From Octopus bimaculoides (taxonomy: Eukaryota), in contig NC_068997.1 of the NCBI RefSeq assembly GCF_001194135.2, forward strand, positions 5,475,719-5,525,490: a DNA stretch of 49,772 nucleotides. Direction: 5' to 3'. Under the pieces are notes generated by a model. That model searched no databases. It was not told the DNA's origin and saw nothing but the letters and a program-made list of their open reading frames with translations. Made by a program: the position numbers and the translations under genes. This document shows positions 1 through 13,750 of the stretch, in pieces (positions within the stretch are counted from its first letter, which is position 1; each line of letters begins with the position of its first letter).

Positions 1-240
1 GACGATTTGACTGAGGACTGGTGCAGCCGGATGGCTACACCAGGCTCCAATCTAATTTGGCAGAGTTTCTACAGCTGGATGCCCTTCCTAACGCCAACCA
101 CTCAGAGAGTGTAGTGAGTGCTTTTACATGTCACCCGCACGAAAACGGCCACGCTCGAAATGGTGTCTTTTATGTGCCACCCGCACAAGAGCCAGTCCAG
201 GGGCACTGGCAACGATCAGAGCCAGTCCAGGGGCACTGGC

Positions 241-241
<1 letters not shown>
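1..241 (-). mobile_element. RTE 3'-UTR fragment
   Basis: Matches 44650-44920 and the reverse complement of 28330-28500; 24-bp tandem duplication at 188-211 / 218-241. Confidence 0.85.
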
Positions 242-274
<33 letters not shown>

Positions 275-711
275 GTATGTATATATAATAAAACAGGAAA
301 GTGGAAATTTTTGGTATTTATTCTCCATTACATGTGTTTCATTTGCTAACAGGATTTACAAAGATTTACATGTTAGATAGACATTAGAAAATCGTCAGAT
401 AGGGAAAAAAATTTATAATAAAAAAATCACATTTGGATGAAGTATTTATATTTGGATATTAATCAGGAGCATCATAATCTTCAAGATGTGTGTGTGTATA
501 AAATTCCTGTCTCAATTTCTGACCGACCAATAATTACCTGATTATTACAAAAGACAAAAAAAAAAGAAAAAATCTGCAAAAATACCATTTTTTTTCTTTC
601 CCTAAAATTTACAAAGTCCAAGAGAGTGTTATAATCAGTTTTGTTCCGTCCAGTAGACCATTGTTAATCTTATTAGAATAGTTTTATTATTGTCATTACT
701 ATTATTATTTA

Positions 712-935
712 AAGGCAAGTGGTAAGCTGGCAGAATTGTTAGTGTGCCAAACAAAATGCTAAGCAGCATTTCATCCAGCTCTTTACATTCTGAGTTCAAA
801 TGCCACCAAAATTGACTTTGCCTTCCAACAATTCAAGTCAATAAAAAAGAAGCTAGAGAAGTACTGGGGCTGATGTAATCGACTTGGCCCGGCCTTCAAA
901 ACTACTGGCTTTGTGCCAAAATTAGAAAGGATTTT
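712..935 (+). mobile_element. tRNA-derived SINE, family A (GAGCTGGCAGAAT.GTTAGC...GAGTTCAAAT)
   Basis: A-box-like TGGCAGAATTG, B-box-like GAGTTCAAATGCC, (ATT)n tail. Other approximate copies: 1025-1170, 34720-34900, 35095-35300, 36490-36660. Confidence 0.8.
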
Positions 936-944
936 TATTATTGC

Positions 945-987
<43 letters not shown>

Positions 988-1269
988 GAAATTGCTTGGG
1001 TGCTGCAATGGATCATCAATCATTAAAGCAAAAATGCTTTAGAGTATTTTTTCCATCTTATTACATTCCAAGTTCAAATCCCACTGAGAGCAACTTTGCC
1101 TTTCATCTTTCGGAATCTATAAAAACAGGAGTTCAGTGGTATTGACTGATCCCCACCCTTCAAAAATCAGAAAAAATTATCATTATTATTATTATTACAA
1201 TTATCATTATTATTATTATTGTTATTATTATTATTATTATTATTATTAGTAGTAGTAGTAGTAGTAGTA

Positions 1270-1480
1270 AGGCAGTGAGCTGTCAGACTTGTTAGCATGC
1301 CAAGCAAAATGCTTAGTAGTATTTCGTCTGACTTCACATTATGTATTCAAAGTCTGCCAAGGTCAACTTTGCCTTTCATCCTTTCGGGGTCAATAAAATA
1401 AGTAACAGTTGAACACTGGAGTCGATGTAATCAACTTAACCACCCCCACTCCCCAAAATTGCTGGCCTTGTGATAACATT
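1270..1480 (+). mobile_element. SINE family A copy
   Basis: Same consensus as 712-935; flanked by (ATT)n/(AGT)n. Confidence 0.8.
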
Positions 1481-1497
1481 TAAAAACATTATTATCA

Positions 1498-1528
<31 letters not shown>

Positions 1529-1793
1529 CATCATCATTTTCCTGTTATTGTTCTTTTCTAACTTTTATGAAATTTTTATATTGGCACAGATTATTGTCCT
1601 GCCTAATAATTGCTGGCTTTTTTGTATCACCTTGGCAGCAGTGTTAGTCGGAAAATGCATTGATTTTTATTTCACAAAATTTTCATTTTTAATGATTCTT
1701 ATATTGTATTTGAAATCTAAAGAGGACCATGTAGGAACTGTTATTGTTGTTGTTGAGGTTTTTTTTTTTAGCTCCAGGTCATCTTTGATGGGA

Positions 1794-1827
<34 letters not shown>

Positions 1828-2444
1828 NNNNNNNNNNNNNNNNNATTCCATCTATTCTTTAAAAGCTGTGTATTGTAGACAATTTTACCCACTGTGTCCT
1901 TTTATAAGACAGTTATGGTTAGAGAGAAATTTTGGCTGCTATTTCTTTCAAGGTCAATCACACAGAGACTCCCTTATTACTTTGGACTACCTCCTTGTTG
2001 TTGTTGTTGTTGGTGGTGGAGTCACAGTCTGATACAAGTAAATCAATGATGTATAACTCCTCCTGATCTATAATTTGTTGATAAGACAATGGTGGAGCCC
2101 TTATATGGTTGCTTGCCTTGCTAGCAATAACAGCCAAATTTCCCTCCACTTCAGATATGGTAACCTTTTTCTAGCAGTGGGCCTTATGAAATACTATACC
2201 ACTAAAACAATAATTTAACAAATAGCTATATCTCATACACAGTATGCATTCATCTATTTACACCAATTATTTAGTACATATTATACATATTTATATACTA
2301 AGTATGTAATACAGGTGTACGCATATATGTATTACGTTATGTATATAGTACAGAGTATGCAGATCTATATTTAATACACTGTAATGCATATATATATTTA
2401 CACTGTTTATGTAATACACAGTACACATGTATTTTATACATACA

Positions 2445-3296
2445 ATTTCTCCTGCAGCTGTCTTACCAGAAATATAGCATCAGTGATGCCTTTCCTTGGC
2501 ACGAACCAAACTGTGTCTCATCTAGACTGACTCTCTCCCTAATTAGTTGGGCTATGACCCTCTCCGTGACCTTCATTACCTGATCCAACAACTTGATACT
2601 TCTGTAATTATTTGTATCTAAAGCGTCACCTTTGCCTTTGTAGCAGTTGACTATGGTGCTGCTACACCAGTCATTGGTTGACTATCTTCGTGACTAGGCT
2701 ATCGCCGACACCACCAGATATTTTGAGCATCTCTGCGGTGATTCCTGATGGGCCTGGAGCTTTCACTGTCTTCATAACTTTAATTGCTTTATCTACTAAG
2801 GTACTGTCAATTCGGATATCTGGTCCTTCTGTTGGGTCAGCATTCAGCAGACTCTCTTTCTCCCATTCATTCTCTTTATTTAGCAACCTTTCATGGTGAC
2901 ATCTCAAAACCTCTCTCTTTGCAGCCTCATTTAATGCAAGCTAACCATCATCCATGTAGACACATTTCTCTCCCATGACATCATGATTCTCTCTCACACA
3001 CTGTCTTGCAACACAAAATACCTCAAGTCTTTGGTCCTCACAGTGCAGAACATTGGCAAATGTTTTCTTATTTGCTTCTCCTCTGGCTAAATAATCTTGT
3101 CTCCTAGCTTCCCTTCTGGCAGGCTGATACAATTCCCTACTACTACCATTCTTCCAGTCCTGTTTCTTTTTCCTAATGGCCCTGCAACAACATTGTTCCA
3201 CCACCACATTGCCTTTGGTCGAAAGGGAACTTTGTACCATCCACAGATCTGGTTAGTGGCCTTCAGCATGGCCTTCTTAATTCATCATAATTCATC
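2445..3296 (-). mobile_element. Internal RTE LINE fragment
   Basis: ICGWYKVPFRP..WWWNN; KTVKAPGPSGITAEMLK; NCYKGKGDAL..NNYRSIKLLDQVMK; QLQEK. Same family as 25259-28541. Confidence 0.88.
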
Positions 3297-4009
3297 TTTT
3301 TTCTTTTGCCTACATTAAAAGTCTGTTATTTTCTTGGAGATTTCATGGCAGTAGGAAAGACATTAGCATCTATTTCTAATTCAGTATGTGGTAAGGCATA
3401 AAGCTGACCCCTTGTCATAATTATGTATATAATTATAGAATGATTTGTAAAAATTTACCTAAAAGGTTTTTATTTACGTACTGACTACTTGATAAAATTA
3501 TTACTGATTTTACACTATATTATTTAAATTATATGCATACATACATTTGCATTATTGCATTCCTAACGCCAACCATTCCAGGAGTGTAGTGGGTGCTTTT
3601 ACGTGCCACCGGCACGAGGGCCAGTCACATGGTACTGGCAACGGCCACACTCAAAAAGGTGTTTTTTATGTGTCACCTGCACAGGAGCCAGTCCAGAAGC
3701 ACTGGCAACGACCTTGCTCGAATGATTTTCTAACGTGCCACCAGCACAAGTGCTAGAAGGCGACTCTACAAATTTTTAAAGTTAACTTTAAATTTCCAAT
3801 CCATTCTAAAGAACTCAATTCCTACATGCCATCCAATCACTCCATTTTCCTTCAATCTGTATGACCATCACATCCTAACATTTTCTCCCATAATTGTCAT
3901 TTTATTTCAAGAATATTAAGCTTAATATATCTGGCTCATTCAATATACCATACATACACACATTCCCTTCTAGATATAGACATTCTAACCCCATAAGGTT
4001 TCAACAATC

Positions 4010-4068
<59 letters not shown>

Positions 4069-4069
<1 letters not shown>

Positions 4070-4295
4070 AGGTGGTGAGCTAACAGAATTGTTAGCACGT
4101 TGGGCAAAATGCTTAGCAGCATTTTGTCTGTCGCTACATTCTGAGTTCAAATTCCACTGAGGTCAACTTTGCCCTTTGTCCCTTCGGGGTTGATAAATCA
4201 AATACCAGTGAAACATTGGGGTCAATGCAATCAACCAGTCCCCACCCCACAAAACCTCAGGCCCTGTGCCCCCAGTAGAAAGGATTATTATTGAT
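4069..4295 (+). mobile_element. SINE family A copy
   Basis: GGTGGTGAGCTAACAGAATTGTTAGCAC...GAGTTCAAATTCC...CTTCGGGGTTGATAAA. Confidence 0.8.
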
Positions 4296-5546
4296 ATGTT
4301 TTGGATAAACATCGTTTGGTTTAAATTTTTCAAATGAAGAGTTTACTAGGTTGAACTATAGTTCTGAAATCAATTTTCTTTTGGNNNNNNNNNNNNNNNN
4401 NNNNNNNNNNNNNNNNNNNNNNNNNNCACACACACACACAAAAAGCAAAAATTCAATGATTACATTTGGAAAATTCAGACATGACTCTAAGGACAGAAAG
4501 ACTAAGTTTTCTCGTACAAAGTAGTATTAAAACTCAGGAAAAAAATATCAAAAGTTATATTAATCAAGACCTAAATCAGTAAGCATAGAGAACTACAAAT
4601 AGCACAAAAAGTCCAACTTCCTTATATATATTGACTATGCCTCTAACTATTAATCAGAAAATGTTTTTCTTGAAAGTGAGAAACGGGAAATAAGAGAACT
4701 TAGCAGGTTATTTCCATTTCATAAAACATGTTTAATTCTAAATTCTATGGTCAAAGGTGTTCCACTCCTTATTTTAGAGTGTCGTTTGAGGGGGATTCAG
4801 CTGTTATTTCTGGACATGTTGGTGAAGTGACAATAAGGCAAAAACAAAAGAAAACATGTGTTCAGTGAATATAAGGAACAAAGTTTGGTATAAAAGATAG
4901 CAATGAGTGCCCAGTTAAAGATGTTCCAAAACTATGTCAAAGTTGAAAGGGTCAAACCTATACAAGATGAGGAAAGAAACTCAATCCTGAAACAAATTCC
5001 AGTAATTCAAATAAATGTTCAAATTTCCAAACTATTCACTTCATGCTAAACACCAAGATTTAAATGTAAAAAGTTTCAAATAAAATAACATTGCGAGACA
5101 ATGAAACCAATACTTTTACTGTATCAAAGTGTGTGTGTGTGTGTGCGTGAGTGGGGGCGACATGAAGAAAACTGATTAAAGCAATGTAAGAGTAACATAA
5201 TCCAGTTTTAAATATAGCAGTCAGCTGCCAATTAGGTTCTTATTGAAATGGAAAACCATTAAGTTTTCTGTGATATGAAATAATGAAAAATATAGAAGCA
5301 CCTTTTTTGTTGTTGTAATGAACAGGTGTGTCTATGTGGTAAGAAGTCTGCTTCTCAACCATATGGTTCTGGGTTCTGTCCCACTGTGCAGCACATTAAG
5401 CAAGTGTCTTTTACAATAGCCTTGGGTTGATCAAAGCCTTGTGAGTGGATTTGGTAGAAGGAAACTGAAAGAAGCCCATCATGCATATATAAAATAACTG
5501 ATGAAAGAAATGGACAATAGATTTAGCATCAGTCCCTATTCAGTAC

Positions 5547-5602
<56 letters not shown>

Positions 5603-6168
5603 GTATGTATTGTCCTGTTATTTTTATTTGTGTAACATTCTCCATTTTTTTTTTCCGTTCTTGTTTTTCTATACATTCGCTGCTTTCTTCCAAGGAATCT
5701 AATGCTCTTAGCTTAGTTTTTCCTTGGGGTTGGCCAGATTGGAGCAATCTCAAGTATAACCAGCCAAAATTGCAAAGATAATCTGGAACTTGACTGAGGA
5801 AAGAAAACCCCGAATGACTCATCCTTGTTTTATTTGTATCGTCTATCTAGATGTTTTGTTGTTCCTTTTTTGTATCACCTAACTGTCTGGATGTTTTGCC
5901 TTCTTGTCCTGTTTTGTATTATATTACCTATCTGTCTGTATGTTGATCTGTTTATTTTCATATGCATATGCTTACATACGGGTGCATATACATATTCGCA
6001 AATGGAGACTGAAACATGACTGTATATAAACACACACTTCACAGAAGGACACATATGGAATGGAGACACGTGTCCACACATATGGAGATGCATATCCATA
6101 CATACAAACACAGTACATAGTTGCAAAACACACACACTCAGACATGCACAGACAAGGAGACAGAGGTG

Positions 6169-6202
<34 letters not shown>

Positions 6203-6369
6203 AACCCGGACGCGCAAGCACATGAATATGCAGAATACATACATACAGATGCACACACGTAAATACATATATACATATGCATACACACACATATGTACAT
6301 ACACACACACACATGCATACATACATACATACATACATACATACATACATGCATAGGCACACACATACA

Positions 6370-6640
6370 CTGACCCGCACACATGCGCACAAACAAACAA
6401 AAAAGGAGCGCAGTGTAAATAACGGACAGAGTCAAGACTATTGAAAAGGTTGCAAGACGCAATGAAAATTTTAGGAAAATAAAACTAAGAAATAAATGGA
6501 AATTTTACCGGTGAGTGTGTTAAGGCACAAAAAGAAAATGACTCTCCCCAGACGCAACAGAATATGCTTCAACACACAAATTCATATAAAGAATCTTGCA
6601 AACCAAGTTCAAAAACGATATATATAATATATATGTAAGA

Positions 6641-6675
<35 letters not shown>

Positions 6676-6773
6676 TATATACATATATATAAAAATGTAT
6701 GAATATATATATGTATAAACATATATATATAAATGTATGAATATATATGTGTGTATTAATATATGTATATGTG

Positions 6774-6812
<39 letters not shown>

Positions 6813-7110
6813 TCATTCATTCATCTAAGTATTATCTTCCTTTCTACTTCCTTTTCTTTCTCAACAGTTACAACAGCTATGGCTCATTACATCATTTTCT
6901 CTAAACTAGAATTTTCCCGTTCATATTTGAATTTTTTGCGTTTCAACTTTTCTGTATTTTTCACTCATTCCCAAAGTTGACATACATTTAGCGATATGTA
7001 AAACCGAATCTCTAGTGAGACTTTTTATCTTTTTATTTATTTATGTACCCAAAGTGACCTGGAATGGGTCGAAACATGTCGTACTAAATAAAATCTTTTT
7101 TCCATCTATT
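6370..7110. mobile_element. Penelope-like element end fragments around a TA microsatellite
   Basis: GGTCGAAACATGTC...AAATAAA end motif at 7067-7092. Segment 6480-6620 recurs at 47223-47405. Confidence 0.55.
7045..7084 (+). ncRNA. Degenerate minimal type I hammerhead-ribozyme fold
   Basis: GTAC-ccaaagt-GACC(tggaatg)GGTC-GAAA-CATG-TC-GTAC. All three stems and GAAA are present; the CUGAnGA core is mutated. Confidence 0.55.
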
Positions 7111-7123
7111 TTATTAATACTGT

Positions 7124-7222
<99 letters not shown>

Positions 7223-7753
7223 GTTTCTCCTTCATATATTGGTTTTTTGTTCCTACTTTTTTTCTGATTGACTCCCCTACCCCAGGCTAGTTTTTGAGTA
7301 AGGTAACTATCTTGAATTACACCAGCTGGTCTTGTCTGATCAATGTTTTTTCCTTGTTAAGTTCTCTTTGGTTTTTTTCTCTGCGTGTATGTACATTTTT
7401 ACTTTAATATTGTAACTTTTTTCAAACATAGTCTTGCCTATCACTTTTTAGCCTCATGTAATACTTTGTCTTGACCTGTTACCATTTTTTAAACATACCC
7501 GTTAGCATTTCATTCTTATTTTTATGTTATAGTTTACTGCACATATAGACATGCATACACATTGATATATCTGTCTTTTTTCTCTTTCGTCTCTCTTACT
7601 ATTATTATTACTACTGTTATTTTTTCCCCTTTTACAACTTACTTGTAAATATTCGATTTATTTCCCTATTACTCCATTTGTATTCTCCCTTATTGTATCT
7701 TATTTTAATTTTATTTTATTAAACCTTTTTTGATGTCCTTACAAAAATTCCTC

Positions 7754-7850
7754 ACACCGATGAAAATGACATTGCATAAATTTAAATATAATTACTATGG
7801 TTATAATTTTTTCTAACATTTTTGTATTGTCCTTTGAAATGCGCGTATGT
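7754..7850 (+). ncRNA. Near-intact type I hammerhead-ribozyme fold with extended stem II
   Basis: ACA-CCGATGA-AAATGACA...(56 nt)...TGTCCTTT-GAAA-TGCGCG-TA-TGT. Core CUGAUGA carries one U>C change; stem II pairs 7/8. Confidence 0.55.
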
Positions 7851-7935
7851 ATTGAAACCTATTTTGTATTAAATCTAATTTTGATTCAACATCCTTTTCT
7901 CCTCCATTTTTCTAAAATTGTTTATAGTATATTTA

Positions 7936-7963
7936 TACCTATAACGATGTATATGTATATATG

Positions 7964-8016
<53 letters not shown>

Positions 8017-8645
8017 NNNNNNNNNNNNNNNNNNNNNNNNNNNNNNNNNNNNNNNNNNNNNNNNNNNNNNNNNNNNNNNNNNNNNNNNNNNNNNNNNNNN
8101 NNNNNNNNNNNNNNNNNNNNNNNNNNNNNNNNNNNNNNNNNNNNNNNNNNNNNNNNNNNNNNNNNNNNNNNNNNNNNNNNNNNNNNNNNNNNNNNNNNNN
8201 NNNNNNNNNNNNNNNNNNNNNNNNNNNNNNNNNNNNNNNNNNNNNNNNNNNNNNNNNNNNNNNNNNNNNNNNNNNNNNNNNNNNNNNNNNNNNNNNNNNN
8301 NNNNNNNNNNNNNNNNNNNNNNNNNNNNNNNNNNNNNNNNNNNNNNNNNNNNNNNNNNNNNNNNNNTATATATATATATATGTATATATATATATGTATA
8401 TATATATATGTATATATGTATATATATATATGTATATATGTATATATATATATGTATATATATATATGTATATATATGTATATATATATATATGTATATA
8501 TGTATATGTATATATGTATGTATATATATATATGTATATGTATATATATATATGTATATATATATATGTATATGTATGTATGTATATATGTATATATGTA
8601 TATATATATGTATGTGTATATATATATATATGTATATATATATAG
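7936..8645. repeat. Large (TA)n/(TATATG)n microsatellite with a 350-N gap
   Basis: Direct reading; source of the spurious IYIY ORFs. Confidence 0.97.
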
Positions 8646-9600
8646 ACCACTCAGCTGTTAAAAATTAGTTGTACCTGTATTTTCAAAAGTCCACTCTTGT
8701 CACATTCTGTGTCACGCTGAATCTCCCTGAGAATTACATTAAGGATGTCTGTGTCTGTGCAGTGCTCCACCAGTTGTATGTTAACTTCATGAACTGATCA
8801 TTCCATTGCTGAGATCCACCCTCATCATCATAATCACGAGTGCCATTTTTCCTTATATATATTAGAAAGAAGTTTTCATTAAACTTTATTGCAGCCCAAC
8901 CAAAATATTGCTAAGTGTCGTCTACAGAAAAATGCTTTAGATAATGTAATATTAAGTCTGAGTAAGAGACAGGATAGTCACAGAACACTTTTGATCATAA
9001 ATCTACAAAATTAGGACTGACCTGTGTTAAACAGTAACATTAAATGGCATTTATTGCTTTTAATTTTTTTTTTTTTTTCACAGTTTATATCCTTTTAATC
9101 TTACAATGTTTACACAAATGAAGTGGAGATGTTGTTTGCTTGTATTTTTAAATATGTGACCTCATGCCAAAGCGATTTAGGTATTGGGCTTCAACAGTGG
9201 GCAGCAAATATCAGCAGAGGTACCATATTAAATGCTTTGCAGTATTTAGTCATGTATTTTTAGATTCTGATTTCAAAACTCACTAGGGTGACACTTGTCA
9301 TTTTATCGTTCTTCACATTGATAAAACCTGACATTTATTTTATCCTATATCACAAAATATTCTTAGAACATCACAACAGCACTAATGGTAGAGAATCAGA
9401 TTAAATGCTGAGTGGTATAATTGAGTTATATCTCACTATATTCAGTGTTCAGATCTCACAAGTATCAATCTCTTTCTTTCATTGTTTCAGAACTGATAGA
9501 ATATGAACCAGTAACATTTTGGTGTTATTCAGCCCCCTAAACCCAATCTTTAGAATTGGGTTTGGGTGGGGGCTGAAGACTTTATTATCATAACTAATTT

Positions 9601-9820
9601 CAAGGGTGACAGATTGGCAGAATTGTTAGAGCATCAGATAAATTGCCTTGTGTTCTTGTTCTGACCTTTTACATTCTGAGTTCAAATCCAGCTGAGGTTA
9701 ACTCTGCTTTTCATCTTTCCAGGGTCATTGAAATAGCATACCAGTCAAGTACTAGGGTTGACAGTATTGATTAACATGCTTCAATCAAAATTGCTGGCTT
9801 TGTGTCTAAATTAGAAACCA
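9601..9820 (+). mobile_element. SINE family A copy
   Basis: TTGGCAGAATTGTTAG...CTGAGTTCAAATCC...AAATTGCTGGCTTTGTG. Confidence 0.75.
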
Positions 9821-9989
9821 GTTTGTGATTTCTTCTCTTCTAGCTATCCTTGAAGTTGTGACTGGTGGTGCAGTGTGGGTGGTAGCTAAAGGTCTTGCCC
9901 CTGAGGGCCAGTTGTTGTTATCTTTATTGCTATCCATTGCCCACTTTCCTCCTTTGTGATTTTTTCTAAATCAGAAAAGAAAACTCTCA

Positions 9990-10650
9990 GGTGACTCTAA
10001 CTACCACATGTGTAGCAACTATGCTTTCTTCCCAGTACTACCATCATTTTCATTAAATTTATTTCTGCCCTCACAAAGGAGTATAATTCCAAGATAGCGT
10101 TGTGATCTTTAAGGGTCATCAAGACCTGGATATTGATGGATATAGATGGATCAAGACCTGGATATTGACACCACTCAGCCACATGTTATTGTGTGTGACC
10201 TTCATGTTCATTACCTGCCTATATTGTGCCATATAGGTAACAATAAGCCAGGGATGAACATCCATACCAATGACTCTGTCCATGAGAATCTTTATATATT
10301 GCAGCACCAACCTGCAGGCAGGTGAATGGGGCATCAGCTCTACCTGATTTCTTGCCGTGTTCTTGGTCTTAAATTCCAAGCAAACACTTTCATATATCTT
10401 TCTTTGGTTGATGGAACTCACATCAGATGAGGTTTCCATTTACTTTTTCCTTGAGGCTGTACAGAAGCCCTCTCCATTTTTTGAGAAACAGAATTATTTC
10501 TTTCTTCCTTGCTCTTTCTGTGATTTTTCAGGTAAGGAGGCACTGTCTTTAGTGATCTACCTCTCCCATGTTTTTTCTTTCCTTGAAGCTGCTATGTGTT
10601 CAGCTATTCTCTCTGGCTTGCAATGCTAGCAAAAACTGTACAGCTGTTGT
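9990..10650 (-). mobile_element. Possible LINE ORF1 (gag-like, CCHC-knuckle) remnant
   Basis: Coding-like purine-rich minus strand ending in ...GRKHSCYTCGS; broken frames; a 19-bp tandem duplication at 10118-10136 / 10150-10168. Confidence 0.3.
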
Positions 10651-12899
10651 TGCCTTTGTTCCTAAAATTTCTGCTTTTGTTGCTCTTTTTTTTTTCATTT
10701 CTATTTGTTTAGGTGCCAATGTCCTTGCCTACAATTGTCCTCATTTTTTTAAGTGTCATAATTTTTTCTGTTATTTTTGTTTTCATATAATCTGTTAAAT
10801 GTTATTGAGCATATTCATTGCTACCACTTTTGTAGCTTGCAACTTTTCCCACACCCACAGAGCTGACCATCATGAATCACTACTAAGTAATGTTTGCAAA
10901 GACTTGTTAAAAAGAAAAAAATGTCCAAAGATGAATGTTTTTTTTTTTTAATTCCAAGGTAATGGGGTAGATATTCAGTTGTTCTAATGTCCTTAACTGA
11001 CAGAAATGATGAAAAAATAAATCTTCCTTGCCATCAAAGTGATCCTGGTAAATCTAATTCTTCTCTGGAGCTCCATTGCAGGCAGCCTTTCAGGGCAAAC
11101 AAGAATAATATTAACCATGCAAAAGACAATGATGAAAGCTTATTTTTCTAAATTTAAATTATTTTAATTTTATGAAATATATTCTTTTAAAAATATTGTT
11201 CTATAATTAATAATGGCATCTATTCTGGTCTTGACATACCAAAAGTTATCAAAGAAATTTTCAAGGCTTACACAGTTTAAAAAAAAAAAATTTATCAGTT
11301 TCAGTGACTATTTTCCTTTCAAGATTTCTTTTTTTTATGTTTTTTTTTTTTTTACTATTGTACATTACATATCTTGTTGAAACATATCACTTGTATGCAA
11401 TGGTTGACACCTCATCATTTTCTTTTATTTATTTTTCATGGTCCAGTTGCAATGAAGCAAAGTCTTGGTGAGGAAGAATTTAACTGACATTAAATGTGGT
11501 AATATATGAATCGCACAGTTGTTGGCAACATTACTGTGTAATTCAATAATAATTATAATAATAATGATAATGACACATTGTTGAAATGCTAATTACAAAA
11601 TGTTTTTAAAATGGAAAACATTCTATTTCTTTGGAAAAGGTAAAACAAAAAGATTGTGTATGTATGTATGTATGTATATATATATACATATATATACAAA
11701 AAAAAATTCTATCCAAAAACGAGGTCTCTCTTTTTTTTTTTTCAATGTAATTGTAATATATTAAATGTTGTTGGTTATTATTGATAAAAACAATTTTGGG
11801 CCCATTTCTGTTGCATAAATTTTATCTAATTTTTGGGGTTTAAACAACAGCTAATATTGCTATATTTTCAAAACATTCATTTCTTTGGTGTTAATGATTT
11901 TTTTTTTTTTTTTGCTGTCATTTTATTTTTTAATATCATTTTTTCTTAAAGACCATACTGTACATTATCTTTGAACAGTCCAAATTATTTGTCTTTTGTT
12001 TTTTTCTATTCCACATTATCTGTCTTCTCCAAAAGACAATGGTCAACTTGGTTAAGTACCAGGACTTGCAGAAATGCCCAACACAACAAACAACAGGTTT
12101 CTAGTACAGTGAGTGTGCATTCTAAACTGCCCCTTTAACACAACAGTCAAAAGCCTTCAGTATCAGCATAACTTGGCCCCCTTGTTCCTATCTAAACACG
12201 CACACTCAAACACTTAGTTATACATCTTATGGTTTTAGACGTGTAAAGAAAATCTTCACATGGATTTTGATTCACTGAGAGACAAAGCAGGGAATTAATT
12301 GATGGTAAAAGTGAGTAGTGACTCAGAAACTTATTGAGGCAAAAAAATAAAAGCTGTTGTCAACCTCCTCTTAAATGTTCCTCCTATTCCCTTCCCAGAC
12401 CTGGTCCCATCTGTTGACAAACTTGGCTGTGTGCTCCTATATCTAGTAGTGTATGTATGCAACAAAAGAGGTGTATGGTGTTGAGCTGGTGATAGGGTGT
12501 TCCAGAGAGAGAAAAAGTACAGAATATATGTTCAGAGTTATGTAATATAAGTATTAATGATGATTGGCTGGTTTTTAGTTAGATACATTTGATTCATGCC
12601 TGGCCTGACATGGGTAGTGTTCATTTGGTGAAGTTCATATCTAGAGGAAGTATGTTTAATATTTTGTTGTGTTCATGAAGTATGTTTGTTCTGCTTAAAG
12701 ATTTTCATGTGTTAATTCAACTGTGATTTTAATTGTGATAAAGATGGAAGATATTTATGTGATAATTTCTGTGGAAATTTTTTGAAGTTTTTCTTGTAGA
12801 TGTGGTTCTTCATTATGATGGATGGACTAGTTGTTTCTATGATAGTGATGTTGTGAGGCATGTAGATGTACATCTAGTGATAGTATATGTAATTCATGC

Positions 12900-13750
12900 T
12901 AGTTTCCCATTTTGGATACCATTTGTGATAACTTGGATTTATGTAATTTGATGTTCAAGTGTAAAACAATTAGGGACCAACCAGAGAGCCCATATGTATC
13001 CTTGTATGAGATGTGTGATGTTTTATATATGTTGTGACAAATGTCTTTTGGATGTTGTGAGTGCCTTCACTATGTAAATCTCCAATTCTCCCTTTCAAGC
13101 AGACTCTTGCATCCCCCATCTAAAAATGCTGCTTCTGGAATAAAAGTGGGGTACATGTCCTAACTTAAGACTTTGGGAATGCTGTACGCTGTACTGGAAA
13201 AAAGAAACTGTTATAAATTCTGTTGGGGCAGTAAGTTTGTTCAGGTATCAATATCCTTTCAATCACAATTATCAAGTCTTATAATATATCAGATGCACAA
13301 ATTTCTTACACTGAGACCATTGTTCTTGTGAGAAAATGACAGAAACATTGTCCTGTCTTTTACCTTTATATACTCAGATTGGTATTTATTTGTTCTAATG
13401 TGATTCACTAAAACGATTTGCCAAATTTATGTCAAATTTCTGTATCTTTAATATTGATATGAAAATGAATAAAAATAATTTACAAACAATTGTTGTTCCA
13501 TGTTGATATGGTGTGGCTGCACACACAAGCATCATACACCTCTGTTTATATTTTAACACCAGCTGTCTGATGGCCCACTGACAACATTTGGAGCTGGTCT
13601 TTTTACATGCAAAGTCTGAAGAGAATTTGTTCTTCGAAACAAAAATCCTACAGCAATGCATGCCTAACTTTTTTTCCAGGATAGATAATTTTTGTGTAAT
13701 ATAAAATTAATTGTTGATAATTTTCACTATCCTTATTGTACTTGTGATAT
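12900..13750 (-). mobile_element. Possible very decayed Ty3/gypsy pol (integrase) remnant
   Basis: Frame-hopping similarity only: LSILE..L...CRIFV, LQTLHV, SWC*NINRGV, IPEQ...F..F....VQH. Confidence 0.3.

Larger units (their letters stand above)
5547..7215. repeat. Cluster of (TA)n, (TATG)n, (CA)n, (CATA)n microsatellites
   Basis: Arrays at ~5547-5610, 6170-6370, 6618-6812, 7125-7220. Similar arrays at 241-288, 936-987, 1180-1269, 4013-4067, 24375-24500, 46694-46730. Confidence 0.95.

Noticed and set aside
712-800. tRNA genes suggested by A/B-box motifs
   Set aside because: No cloverleaf; these are heads of multi-copy SINEs.
783-4160. Poly-Ile 'transmembrane' ORFs (783-1019, 1470-1862, 3894-4160)
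   Set aside because: (ATT)n tails of SINEs read as Ile runs.
5529-8668. Long ORFs of 140-280 aa (IYIY/CVCV/HTHT-rich)
   Set aside because: Translations of TA/CA/TATG microsatellites and N gaps; no coding signal.
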